The position numbers and the translations under genes are program-made. The notes under the pieces are model-generated. The model ran no database searches and had not been told where the DNA came from. It was given only the letters and a program-made list of their open reading frames with translations. From Chiloscyllium plagiosum (taxonomy: Eukaryota), in the NCBI RefSeq assembly GCF_004010195.1, contig NC_057728.1, positions 53,860,535 through 53,924,534 of the forward strand: a DNA stretch of 64,000 nucleotides, read 5' to 3'. This document shows, piece after piece, positions 37,411-50,350 of this stretch. Each line of letters opens with the position of its first letter. Position 1 is the first letter of the stretch.

Positions 37411-38795
37411 GCTTTGTAATGATGACTGTGAAAATCAAATGAAACTTTTGTTTTTCTTTTATTGGAAATTGTGTTTGACATGCCAAGAATAGTTAATCTG
37501 TTATCTCCCAGTCAATGCTGTCCCCACCCATAAATGACTACCCATCTCACCTTTGGTTTGGGTGGTTGAACCCAGGGAATTTCAGCAAATTGAACATTCA
37601 CACCCTTGTTGCCAGTTGCCAGGTCACTAATTAAAATGGATTGTAAATTCAGGTGCATCCATGTAATTTGTTCCTCCCTGCCAGATTTTCTTGCCTTCTA
37701 CGCACAAACAGAAACAATGGCATTTTAAAAAAAATTTTAAATACTCTTTGCCTGGTGTTTAGAATCACCACCCAGGTATAAGTATACATGTGGAGTAGAT
37801 GCGTAAAGCAGCATATTTGATCTGCAATCCTCCCGGTGTGGGAGCTCACTCCCCTGCTACCTGCAGTCTGGTGATAAAGTGAGAGGGTTTCGATGACACG
37901 ACCTTGCTTTCGTCAGTCTGTCAAAATGAGAACCAGCAGAATGCGCGGAGCTTGCTTTAATTGTTGTGGCCTCGATGAATCATCTTCTCGGCCTCATTGC
38001 AATCTTTTTTAGTTCCAAGGCTGTGAGGATGAATCAGAGCTCGATGACAAAGGCAAGCCATTGTCTAGCATACAAACACCTCCGCTCGTCCATCAGAGGC
38101 TTCATTCACAACGTAATGCAGTCTCACAATGGGAGGAAGACTTCTCTCTACTGCTGCAGTGAACTCTGCCGTGTAAGATAATGAGACAAGATAACAACTT
38201 CAAGCATCCAGATATATTCAGGCTTCAACACACAGGAAGACGTTTCTCATGAAAACAGAAAGTACTGGAGAAACTCAGCAGGTCTGGCAGCATCTGTGGA
38301 AAGAGTTAATGTTCTGTGTCCAGTGATCCTTTGTCAGAATTACGTCACTGTCATTCAAGGAGGCTGCAGTCTCCGCTGCTGAAGGCGATGTTTGAGTCCC
38401 ATTAAAGAATGGGAGATGGGGTGAAAGTGGAGGGAACAGGTCCCTGGGATTAAGACTACAGAACTTGTGGAAGGTCAGCACTAATACTAGTTAATTTGGT
38501 ATATCCATAACACACCTATAGGGAACAGTAGGGATGAAATGCTTTGTGAACACCTCTTCCCCATTTTCTTTGATCCCATTAGCCTGAAGAACTATATCTA
38601 ACTCCTTCTTGAAAACATTCAACGTTCTGGCCTCAATTGCTTTCTCTGGCAGAGAATTCCACAGGCTCACTACTCCCTGGGTGGAGAAATTTCTCCTCGT
38701 CTCAGTTCAAATGATCTACCCCATACCATTAAATTGTGACCCCCGGTTCTGAATTGCTCAGTCAATGGGATCATGGCCAATATGACTGCGATTCA

Positions 38796-39131
38796 TGAAA
38801 TCATAGAACTCTACAGTGTGGAAGCAGGCCATTCAGCCCATCGAGTCTGCACCGAAGAGCATCCCACCCAGACATACCCCCCAGTTCTGCATTTCCCATG
38901 GCTCATCCACATAAACCTGCACATTCCTGGACACTATGGGCAATTTAGCATGGCCAACCCACCCAAGCTGCATATCTGAATATGGGAGGAAACCGGAGCA
39001 CCCAGAGAAAACCCGGACAGACACGGGGAGAATGTGCAAACTCCACACAGACATTCGCCGGGGCTGGAAATTGAATCCAGGTCCCTGGCGCTGTGAGGCG
39101 GCAGTACTAACCACTGAGCAACAGTGCTGCC
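38796..39131 (-). mobile_element. HE1-like SINE
   Basis: Head, core and tail on the minus strand. Confidence 0.85.
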
Positions 39132-40274
39132 TGTGATTGACAGGTGTGGGCAACCACTGAGAGGCCTGCGGAGAATCAGGGAGCACTACTGTGTCCCTTG
39201 ATTCCATGTAAAGACCTTGTTTAGTTCTTACATTTCGGCAATCTTTTCAGTGGCTGTCCCTGAAAATAGACGAGGCCTGAAATCTGCTCACTCATCCTGA
39301 ACCAATTTCTTGGAAGTGACATAAAATGAATGATACATGTGAAGAGCAGACCCTCTGTTTTAAATTGGGGATGGGCTCAAAAATGGTCTCACCTTAACTG
39401 GGCTGGAAATCTTTCAAGGGGCCTCAAAACTCCTTGTTGTGCCCATTTTACGACTGTTCAATGGACGCAATGAGGTTCAGTCCCTGCTGACATAAGCTTT
39501 GGCATGACTCTCACCTTGTGCAATTAGAGTAATTTTCAATGCAGCAGAACGTCCGCAAAGCTCAGTAATATAACTGGGAATTCATGAATCTGACACAAGC
39601 CCAGATTTTGTCAAATCAATTATTTCTGCGCCGTGTTTGCACAAACCCATCTGGCTGAGGGTTGACAGCAGTTAGTAATTGATTTTTTTGTTTTACTTTG
39701 AACATGTTAATGACAGATGCAAGTGTCTCTATTCCAGTTGGTTAACTCAGGCTGTCTCAACACCACCTGAAAAACAAGATGCCCCTGTTCCTGCCTTGGG
39801 ACAATGGTGAGGTGATTGTAACTCACTTTGACTGGGAAAAATCTGGCCATGTCAGCACATCAAAGAAGCCCACTCACCCACTTTACCAGGTCATGGCTAT
39901 ATTTACAATATGCAACTGAGAAACACATTTGACCTGAGGCATATTGGTTAATTGACATCTTGTTTTCTTTATTCTTTGATGAGATGTGAGCATCATTACA
40001 TTTGGTGCCCATCCAAAATTGCTCTTGAACTGAATGGCTAAGCAGGCCCATTTCAGAGAACAGATAAGAGTCAGGGACTGGCTCAGCATTCACATGTACG
40101 CCAGACTGAATACGAACAGCAGATTTGCTTCCCTAAATAACCAGCTGGGTCTTTGCAACAATTCATGATCATGTAACATGGGTGAACTACATATATCAGA
40201 TTTGTTCATTGACATTGACAAGTTATAATGAGAGAAAAAGCATCCTCATCAACGCCAACTTTTATTGGGTCAGT

Positions 40275-40822
40275 CATGGATTCATAAAGTTGTACAGCAC
40301 GGAAACAGACCCTTCAGTCTAACTCGTCCATGCCTACCAGGCATCCTAAACTGATCAAAACCCGTTTGCCAGCATTTGGCTCAAATCCCATTAAACCCTT
40401 CTTACTCATGTACCCTTCCAGATGTCTTTTAAATATTGTAATTGTAACCACCTTCACCATTCTCCTTTGGCAGCTCATTCCATATACGCATCACACTCCA
40501 CGTGAATATGTTGCCCCTTAGTCCCTTTTAAATCTTTCCCCTCTCACCCTAAACCTATGTCCTCTAGTTTTGAACTCCATCCACCCCAGGGAAAAGACCT
40601 GTGCTATTCAACCTATCCATGCCCCTCATGATTTTATAAGATCACCCCTCAGCCTCCGACGCTCCAGGAAAAAAGCCCCAGCCTGTTCAGCCTCACCCTA
40701 TAACTCAAACCCTCCAGTCCCGGCAACATCATTGTAAATCATTTCTGAACTTTTTCAAGTTTAACAGCTTTCCTATAGCAGGGAGACCAGAATTATATGC
40801 AATATTCTAAAAGCCTCATCAA
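40275..40822 (-). mobile_element. CR1/HER1-like LINE 3' fragment
   Basis: Matches 12906-13412. Confidence 0.88.
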
Positions 40823-40844
40823 TGTTTTTCGAAGACTCAGTTAT

Positions 40845-41140
40845 ATTCTATTCCACCTTCTTCTGTCGGGCAGAAGATACAAAAGTGTGAATAATCGTAT
40901 GACCAGATTCAACAACAGCTTCTTCCTTGCTGTGATCAGACTTTTGAATGGACCTCCTAAACCTTAATATTGATCTCTCTCTGCACCTTCACTGCAGTGG
41001 TAACACTGTATTCTGCACTCTGCTCTGTTATCCTGATAGACTTGTAGGGATTGATCTGCCTGGACAGCACGCAAAACATTATTTTTAACTGTATCTCAGT
41101 GCAGGTGACAATAATAAATGCAATCAAACCAAATTAAATC
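40845..41140 (+). mobile_element. Rex1-like 3' end
   Basis: ttcaacaacagcttcttcc...gtgacaataataaa with an (atcaa)-type tail, as at 265-440. Confidence 0.65.
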
Positions 41141-43280
41141 AACATGACATTCCAATTCCTACACTTAAGACACATCTCTCCTATAAAGTGGACTCCAGAA
41201 CCATGCACAGTACTCTAGATGTGGCCTAACCAACATTTTATACAGTTCCAGCATGATCTCCCTGTTCTTAAATTTTGTATTGACTAATAAAAGGCAATGA
41301 TCCCATACAGCTTCTTAATCACTTTATCTAGCTGTCCCACTACCTTAAGGGACCAGAGGACATGAGCACCAAAGTCTGTCTGATCATCAGTTGCTCTAAC
41401 TGTTCATCATGTACTCTCTTCCCTTGTTTGTCCTGCCCAAGTGCATCACCTCAAACTTATCCAGATTGAATTTAATTTGCCACTGAGCAGCCCATCTGAC
41501 TAATCTATCCATATCCTCCTCTAATCAATGGCTATCCTCCTCATTATTTATCACACCACCAATTTTCGTCTCATTCGCAAATTTATTGATCAACCCTCCT
41601 ATTGGATGTAAGTTTGTTCGCTGAGCTGGAAGGTTTGTTTTCAGACATTTTGTCACCATACTAGGTAACATCATCAGTGAGAGTCTCTGGTGAAGCGCTG
41701 GTGTTATGACCCACCTTCTAGTTATGTGTTTAGGTTTCCTTGGTTTGTTGATGTCATTTCTTATGGTGATGTAATTTCCTGTGCTGATGTCATTTCCTAT
41801 TCTTTTTCTCAGGGGGTGGTAGACGTATTTGTTGATAGAGTGCCAGTTGGAATGCTATGCTTCGAGGAATTCTCGTGTGTGTCTGTGTTTGACTTGTTCT
41901 AGGATGGATGTGTTGTCCCAGTCAGAGTGGTGTCCTTCCTCATCAGTATGTAAGGATACTAGTGAAAGTGGGTCATGTCGTTTTGTAGCTAGTTGATGTT
42001 CATATATTCTGGTGGCTAGCTTTCTGCCTGTTTGTCCAACATAGTGTTACACTTCTTGCATGGTATTTTGTAAATGACATTCATTGTGCTTATTTGCCAC
42101 AAAAAGACATGACTCCCTCTCACTAGTATCCTTACATACAGATGAGGAAGGACACCACTTCGACTGGGACAACACATCCATCCCAGGACAAGCCAAACAG
42201 AGACACACGCGAGAATTCTGAGAGGCATGGCATTCCAACCGGAACTCTATCAACAAACACATCGACTTGGACCCCATTTACCATGCTCTGAGAAAAAGAA
42301 CAGGGAAAAAAACAGAAACAAAACAGGAAATGACATCAACAAACCAAGGAAACCTAAACACATAAAAGGAAAACAAGTCATAATATCAGTGCTTTAATGG
42401 AGGATCACTGATGGTGTTACCTAGTATGGTGGTGAAACATCTGAAATGAACCTTCCAGCTCAGTGAGCAAACTTACATCCAGAACCCCAACCTTAGCTAC
42501 AAATCGTCTCAAACTCACCAACCCTCCTACATGCAATTCCAAATTGTTTATATAATTCACAAACAGCAAGGGCCCCAACACTGAACACCTGCACAAACCC
42601 ATTAGACATAGGCTTCCAGTCACAAATATACCACTGAAACATCTGTTTCCTGTTACTCAGTGAATTTTGTACCCAAATTGTCAAATTTCCTCAGATCTCA
42701 TGGACTCTCACTTTCATTATCAGTCTCCCATGCGGGATCTCATCAAAAACTTTGCTAAAGTTCAAGTCAATTAAATCTACCCCTCATCTACACACACGGT
42801 TACCTCTTTGAAAAATTCAATCAGGTTGGTCAGACATGACCTCCCCTGAAGTAAACCATGTTTACTGCTCTTGATTAATCCCTGCCTCTCCAACTGCAGA
42901 TTAATTCTTGCTTCCAATAGTTTTCCAATCACTGATGTTAGACTGACTGGCCTGTGGTTTTCTAGGATTTCTGTTCCTCCCCTCTTGAATAACTGTATCA
43001 CATTGTCTGGCCTTCAGTCCTGTTGTACCTCTGCTGGGGCCAGACAGGAATTGAAAATTATTGCTATTTCCTCCCTTGCCACGCTCAGCAGCCTCGGATA
43101 CATTTCATCTGACCCTGGAGACTTGTCTATTTTTAAGGCTGCCAGATCACTCAGAACCTCCTCTCTGTGCTGACCTCTTTAAGTATATCAGAGTCCTGCT
43201 CCTTGATGTCTATACCCACATCGTCCCTCTCACTAGTGAATACCAGCACAAAGTAGTCATTTAGAACCCCAGCTGCAAGC
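41141..43280 (-). mobile_element. Older CR1 LINE with RT remnants, interrupted by Penelope
   Basis: NHRPVSLTSVIGKLLE, GRSCLTNLIEFF and SVLGPLLFVNYINNL. Confidence 0.85.
41602..42518. mobile_element. Penelope family C element with inverted arms, GIY-YIG remnant and 11-bp TSD
   Basis: The minus strand reads NVIYKIPCKKC then GQTGRKLA. 41604-41980 is inverted relative to 42105-42480. caaccctccta occurs at 41591-41601 and 42519-42529. Confidence 0.88.
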
Positions 43281-43819
43281 TTTGGTTCCACACATGGAAG
43301 CACCACCACCCGCAAGTTCTCCTTCGAGCCACTCATCAACCACTCTTGGAAATATATTGCTGCTCCTTCAGTGTTGCTGGGTCAAAATCCTGACAGTATT
43401 GTGGTTTCTACCTACACAAAATGGATTGCAGCAATTCAAGAAGGCATCTCACCACCATCTTCTCAAGGACAACAAGGGATGAGCAATAAATTCTGGCCCA
43501 ACCATCAACGCATACATCCTATGAGTGAATTAAAAAATGTGACAGTCAATTTGCACACAATAAACTCCCACACGGAGCCATGTAATATGTAATAACCTGT
43601 TTACCTCACCAATCCTCCAAAAGCTCTGTTTCAAGAGCAGAGGCATCTACCCCAGTTTCTGGCTAATAGTTATCATTCAAAACATATCACAAATAAAGAT
43701 ATCTGATCATGCAATTAATAGCTGTTTGTGGGAGATGGTGTGATTAGAAGCTGTAATGTATAAATTGGAAGCCATATTTTCCTGTTTTACAATATTTCAA
43801 AAATATTTAATTGACTGAA

Positions 43820-44225
43820 AAAGAAAAGAAACATACCTGCATTTACATAGCACTTTTCACAATCTCATGTCTTCTAAAGTGTTTTTTTAAAGAATGAAGA
43901 ATCTTTCATGTTGTCATTACTGTAATACAGAAAAGTGGCAGCCAATTTGCATACAGCAAGCTCCCATACAAATTAATGCAATAATAACGTGCAGATGATG
44001 TCTTGTTTATGATACTGGCTAAAGAATAAATATTGGCTATCCTCAGCTCTTCTTCAAAACTGTTTCATCGGATCTTTGCATCCATTTGAGGTGGCAGAAA
44101 TTCTCAGTTTAACTCTCATCTGAGAAAAGTCAGTGCCTCTAACAGAGCAGCATGTCCTCAGTAGTGCAGTGAATTGTCAGCCTAGAGTTTGTGTGAAAGT
44201 CCTGGAGTGGAACTAGAACTATTGG
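43820..44225 (-). mobile_element. Deu-domain-like SINE
   Basis: Reverse complement resembles 26050-26335 plus tail (ggcagccaatttgca.acagcaagctccca). Confidence 0.55.
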
Positions 44226-44762
44226 AAATGAAATGGCCAATTTGACCGATTTAATGAAAAAATGCATTAATTATTTGGAGTTGTTGGAAATGTAGCGCGC
44301 TAAATGCATCATTTGATTAAGTACAAAGAAACTATTGAGAAAATACTGCACAGAAAAGCATAGGATTTTTAGGGATCTTGGAGCATAGACAAATATCTGT
44401 GAAGGAAGCCAGACTGGAGAAAACTGGTGGACACGTAACAATTCAAGTCAGCAACACTACAAGTGAAACAATGAGACTTGTTTTTGGGAACATATAATAA
44501 ACAAGAAAACTCTCTCTCTCTCTCTCTGCTCCAGAGCTGAACCATGAACACACATTGAGAACAACCACCTTAGGACACAATAATGGTTAAATTTATATTA
44601 AATTAAGTTTGAAAAATGAGATGTTCTAAATACATTTTACTGGACTGAGTGTATAGTTTTTTAAAAATCTTATTTGATAGAGTATTCAATTATATTTTTA
44701 AGATGATTTAAATATTGTGTGCAAATTCAAAGTAGAATAGCCATGGCTTACTATATTTGATG

Positions 44763-44950
44763 AGGGTTGGTTATCTCAGTTGGCTGATTGCAGAGTAGTG
44801 CCAATAACATGAGTTCAATTCCCATAACGTCTGAGGTTATTGTGAAGGAATCTGCTTCTCAGTTTCTATCCTTGTCTGAGACTCAGGTTGAACCACCACC
44901 AGTTATCTCTCTCTAATGAGAGAGCAGGACTATGATGACTTTAGTTTTAC
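44763..44950 (+). mobile_element. tRNA-derived SINE, same family as 18435-18660
   Basis: A-box-like and B-box-like (gttcaattcc) motifs plus a shared core. Confidence 0.6.
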
Positions 44951-44981
44951 TAGTTTTGATGTTCAGTGATACATTTTGCCA

Positions 44982-46149
44982 GTGTCTAGGTAAATAAAAG
45001 AAATTGGATGATAGGGCCTGGTTTTCGGTCCTTCAGGTATGCATTGGTGATTATAGGAAAGAAACAAAGAAAGGGCTTAGTTTTTTTAGTAATGTCACCC
45101 ATGACCTCAGCATTCTTGAAAGCATTTAACAGCCAATCAATAACATAATTTCAAGTTGATTATTGTGATAACTATTCATAAGCAATCATTAAAAAGTTGC
45201 AGTCTCATGTTAGCATCCTTTTGAGTCCAAATCTAGATAACCATATCCTAAAATTTTATGTTAGGATACTAAACACTGACATTGGTAAATTTAAAAGTTA
45301 CTGTCATAATATGGCTATAGATATATTCTATGCTGAGATAATTTTGCTGATTTGAAAATGGAGGGAAGGACAATTTATTGCAGGACACAGGCTTTAGCTG
45401 GTAAAACTGATCAAGTTCCTTTCATGGTCTGAAAGTTCTCATAGATGAGGTTTTAAATGAACAATACACCAGGCTGGATAGGTTTAGCTTGTTATGGGGT
45501 AAAGGCAGTGGAGCGAGTAACACTGTAACCTCTTAATTATAACCATGAACGCGACTCAGAACCATGACTGCCATAAAGCTGCTACATAAAGGTGCTAGAT
45601 TAATGTAAATTCTTCCTTTTAGATTGGAGACCTTATTCCTTTAACCTTGCACTGTTATACGCTAAAACATTGAGTAACTGTCTGAATTTTTTTTTGCAAT
45701 AATTCTAAGTGGCTGCTGTTTCCAAGGCACCTGGGATTACCTAGAGTTTAAATCAGATGCAGAAATTACCTTTGATTTCAAATGAATTTTTGTGGGGGAA
45801 GAAGGAAACAATGGGTGTAAAAATGTTGGAATGTTTGTGAAGCGCACAGATGTTGAGTGGGTGCGTGTGTGGGTGAGTGCGAGAGCACGTTGATGAGGAG
45901 GTGACAAGTGTGTGGGCAAAGTGGTGACAGTACGTGGAAGAGAGGGGAGCAGAGTGTTCACTGAGTGGGTGAGTGGGTGGCATTATGCTCGTATCTAGGT
46001 GAATAAAAGAAATTGGATGATAGGGACTGGCTTTCAGTCCTTCAGGTATTCATTGTTGAATATGGGAAAGAAACAAAGAAAGGACTTGAGATTTTTTGAA
46101 ACGTCACCCATGACCTCAGCATTCCTGAAAGCATTTAACAGCCAATTAA
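44982..46149 (+). repeat. Diverged direct repeat of about 160 bp (44982-45140 and 45991-46149)
   Basis: Both copies read tctaggt.aataaaagaaattggatgatagg...gtcacccatgacctcagcatt..gaaagcatttaacagccaat. Confidence 0.9.
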
Positions 46150-46509
46150 GCATTTTCAAAGTAGAGTCACTGTTATAAACCCAGTGAAAGGGTACATGTA
46201 AAGTACACATAGCAAAACCAACCATCAGCAATGACACAACAACATAAAGTAATCTATTATTTTACTAATGGTGGTGCAGGAATAAATCTTGGTTACACTC
46301 TCTCTCTCTCTGTCTCTCGATTTGGTGCCATAGGATCTTGGCAACGGAGACATTTGTTTGAGATTTTACCCGAAAGATGAGAAAGCCACAAGGAGTCTCA
46401 GTCTAAATTTTTCTGTTCAAGTCTCTGATGTTGGGCTTGAATCCTCAGCAAAGGCACCAAAAAATAATTTGTGTTTATACAGTGCCTCTTAATGTTTTTA
46501 AAAGTTAAC

Positions 46510-46900
46510 CACCACCAAACCACCACCAAACCACCACCTGACGCCTGGAGGAGGAACGCCTCATGTTCCGCCTTGGGACCCTGCAACACACAGGATAAAC
46601 ATGGATTTCAACAGCTTCCTCATTTTACCTCCCCCCACATTATCCCAGTCCCAAGCCTCCAACTCGGCACTGCCCTCCGGACCCATCCGTCACTTGCCCC
46701 TCTGACCTATCACCTTCTCCCTCACCTTCATCCACCTATTGCTTTCCCAGCACCTTCCCCCCAACCCCACCGCCTCCCATTTATCTCTCAGCCCTGACCC
46801 ACAAGCCTCATTCCTGATGAAGGGCTTATGCCCGAAACATTGATTCTCCTGCTCCTCGAATGCTGCCTGACCCGCTGTGCTTTTCCAGCACTACACACTC
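46510..46900 (+). mobile_element. Penelope family A 3' fragment
   Basis: RLEEERLMFRLGTLQ..INMDFNSF, a C-rich UTR and a decayed hammerhead near 46814. Confidence 0.82.
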
Positions 46901-46974
46901 AAAATAAAATGTGATGCCACATAAGTAAAACTGACTGAAACTTGGGTCAAAATGGTTTGTTTTAAAGAATGTCT

Positions 46975-47480
46975 TAGAGTCATAGAGCCAGACAACACAG
47001 AAACAGATCCTTCAGTCCAACTCCTCCATGCCAGCAAGTTTCCCAAACTAAACTCTTCCTACTTGCCTGCATTTAGCCAAAATACCTCTAAACCTTTGCT
47101 GTTCATGTACCTGTTCAATGTCTTTTAAATGTTGTAACTGTACCTGCATCTATCACTTCCTCTGATAGTTTATTCCACAAACAAACCACCCTCTGTGTGA
47201 AAATGTTGCCCCTCAGGTCCCTTTTAAATCTTTCTTCTCTCAACTTAAAAATATGCCCTCTGGTTTTGAACTCCCCTACTCTAGGTAAAAGACCTTTGCT
47301 ATTCACTTTATTTATGCCTCTCATGATTTTATAAGCCTCAATAATCCCTCAACCTCCTCCGCTCCAGTGAAAAAAGTCCCAAACTATCCAGCATCTCCTT
47401 ATAATCAAACCATCCAGTCGTGATAACATCCTTTCTAAATCTTTTCTGCACGGTCTCAACTTTAATAAATCATCCGATAG
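46975..47480 (-). mobile_element. CR1/HER1-like LINE 3' fragment
   Basis: ORF 47115-47324 (RGNIFTQRVV). Confidence 0.88.
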
Positions 47481-47724
47481 TAGAGAGTCTTAGCTTTGCA
47501 GGTTAAAGGAAGAGAAAGAGCGAGGAGGTTTAAGGAGGGTATTGCAGCAGCTGAAAGCATGGCCACCAATAGTAAAGTATTTAAAATTCAGGATCCCTTA
47601 GAAGCCAGAATTAAAGAAAGGCAGAGATCTCGGAGAGTTGTACACCTAGAAGGGGTTACCGAGATAAGAAAGGCATTAAGAAAATCCTACATACATTTTC
47701 AATTATTAAGAATAACCCCAATGT

Positions 47725-48250
47725 CTGAGTCATGGAGTCATACAGAAGCAGACCATTCAGTCCAACTCATGCTTTCCCACCTAAGCTTGTCCCATTTGCC
47801 TGCATTTGGCCCATATCTCTCTAAACCTTTCCTACCCGTGAATTGGTCCAAATGTCTTTTAAATGTTCTGACTGTCCCTCAATCTATCACCTCCTCTGAC
47901 AGTTCATTCCACATAAGAACCACCCTCTGTGTAATAAAGTTACCCCTTATATACCTTTTAAATTTTTCCTCTCTCACCTTAAAGCCATGCCCTCCAGTTT
48001 TGAACTCCTCTATCCGAGGGAAAAGACCTTTGCTATTTACCTTTTCTGTATCCCTAATGATCTTATAAATTTCTATGAGGTCATCTATCAACGTCCTATG
48101 CTCCAGTGAATAAATTCCCAGCTTATCCAGCTTCTCCTTGTAACTCAACCTTTCCAGTCCCAGTAACATCCTGGTAAATCTTTTCTGTATACTTTCTAGT
48201 TTAGCAACGTCCTTCCTATAGCAGAGCGACCAGAATTGTATGCAGTACCT
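47725..48250 (-). mobile_element. CR1/HER1-like LINE 3' fragment
   Basis: ORF 47879-48289 (YCIQFWSLCYRKD..KRFTRM). Confidence 0.88.
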
Positions 48251-49059
48251 CAGAGGTGAGCATGTTACCAACTGAACCAGATGATGCATGTAGCTGCAAT
48301 TCGAACTAAACTACTTTCATTTCGCAAAGTGAAACATTTGGGATGAAATTACATTAACACTCTTGGATTTGCAATGCATTACTGCAATGATAATAGTTGA
48401 GCAAAGGGACATTCTTTATATTTACCAATGCTGCTCTGTATAGTGTGGTAAGACACTCCAAGCAGATTTTGTAATTCTGGGCTGAATTGGCTCCATGTCA
48501 GTCTCATCGAATTTCATGGAGGATTTCTTTCCATGAGATCTAGTACATTTTCTTGCGCAATCATCCCAAATTCATCCCACCACCCATGCACCATACCCTC
48601 ATGACACACCTCTCATCTGATGCTGGCCAAATTTTCCCATTCGCCAAAGGGGATGGATGGAAACACTGGTGACTACTGGGACTTTCCAGGATTCCTTGTA
48701 CTGGCACCATCTTTGAATACCTGCCACACACCCAACCAGGCACTGAGAGTCCAGAGTCCCCCTTCACTGTCAACCAATTGGCACAGAAGCTAGACACCAA
48801 TGCCTTTTGCAGCTGGTAGGTGGCATGGCGGGCACTTCCTTGTACATGCAGTTGTGCGTTCCAATCACTGTTTAAGGATCAGGCTACACAGCTTACCTGT
48901 TCTTAGCCACATTCTCTCTCACCAGCCTCTGTGTCGCTGCTACTCTGTCTCCACTGCTCATTATAGCCCAGCATCTTCTCACTGCTCAAGGTGGGACCAT
49001 CACCCATTGTCCAGCAGATACTGAGCAGCCTGCTCGGGGAGAGGTTGGAGCTAAACTGT

Positions 49060-50350
49060 TTGCGTCATGAGTACAGGAGCATCAGAGTTCAAAGCTCTCT
49101 GGGCCACTTCCTGCAGATGAGTGAGGTGCAAGCTGGGGATGTCCCAGGACACTGTGACAGAACTGTACCCAGTTGCTGGAGTGGGACCTGCAGCGTGAAG
49201 GAGTGGGTGGCCACCCTATCCCAGTGGCTGTCTGTCACACTGACTGCTGTGTTGAATTTTAACGGAACTGACTTACAGAGTGGGGTCTCCCAGACCTTGA
49301 CCATTAAGTGTATTAAAGCAGTCACTAATAACATTTAGACCATCCCATTTCCCCAAGACAAGGTCAGTGCTCCTGTCCGGTTGAAGGCTTTGCCAACACA
49401 GCCAGCAACCCCCAGGGGCAGAGGCAATAGATTGTGTACACATCACACTGAGAAGGCCATATCATATCACAGCTGAGTTCATCAATAGAAAATCCAGAAA
49501 TCAATGTGCAAGTGATTTCTGGTCATCAGTACTTTTTCTTCAATATTTGTGCATGGTATCCTGAGAGCTGCCAATGTGCCTGTATCTTGAGAATACTCAT
49601 GTTCCTGCTTCATTTCAAGGACTAGATGCCACACAAAGTTGAAGGGCAAGGTTTACCCTCTGTCACCATGGCCAATGACCCCATTATGCAATCCTTGACT
49701 GAGGCCAAGTTCGATACAATTAGATTAGATTACCTACAGAGTGGAAACAGGACCTTCAGCCCAACAAGTCCACACCGACCCTCTGGAGAGTAACCTACCC
49801 AAACCCATTTCCCTCTGACTAATGCACCTAACACTACGGGCAATATAGAATGGCCAAATCACCTGACCTGCACATCTTTGGACTGTGGGAGGACATCAGA
49901 GCACCCGGATGAAACCCACGCAGACACGGGGAGAATGTGCAAACTCCACACAGACAGTCGCCTGAGGCTGGAATCAAACCTGGTCCCTGGTGCTGAGACA
50001 GCAGTGCTAACCACTAAGCCACCGTGCCGCCCTATCCTTTAACCAGGGCCTTGCTGGAGCAGGCAATAGGCCTCCTGAAGATGACGTTATGCTGCTTGGA
50101 CTAATGTGGTTGGGCCCCACATTTCTCAAGACAGAGTGCACTACATAATCCTAGCAAGCTCTGCCCCGCATAACTGAAGAAGGCAAAGAGAAGATGTAAT
50201 TTCAAAAATGCAAATAAAAATACAAAAATGAGAAGTTGTGATGAAGGCTGATGAGCTGTGAGCGTGGCAGCAGTCTTTCAAAGAGGAGGATGAGGACATT
50301 GATCGCCCGATGAACGATACAATGCAGCAGTGTCAGGTGCTACAAGTCCT
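49060..50350 (+). pseudogene. PIF/Harbinger (HARBI1-like) DDE transposase, decayed and split by a SINE
   Basis: Ordered motifs: FLQMSE, GVGGHPIPVAV, KCIKAVT, AIDCVHI (49424), FINRK, INVQV, YPESC, GKVYPLSPWPMTPLCNP and TRALLEQAIGLLKMTLCCLD (50042), then an acidic tail. Confidence 0.85.
49720..50032 (-). mobile_element. HE1-like V-SINE inserted in the Harbinger transposase
   Basis: Full head, core and (AATCT)n tail. Confidence 0.9.

Noticed and set aside
47496..48068. 190-aa ORF
   Set aside because: Chimera of an old repeat fragment and antisense CR1.
49060..50350. Domesticated host HARBI1 gene
   Set aside because: Frameshifts, stops, a lost HD motif and a SINE insertion indicate a dead transposon copy.
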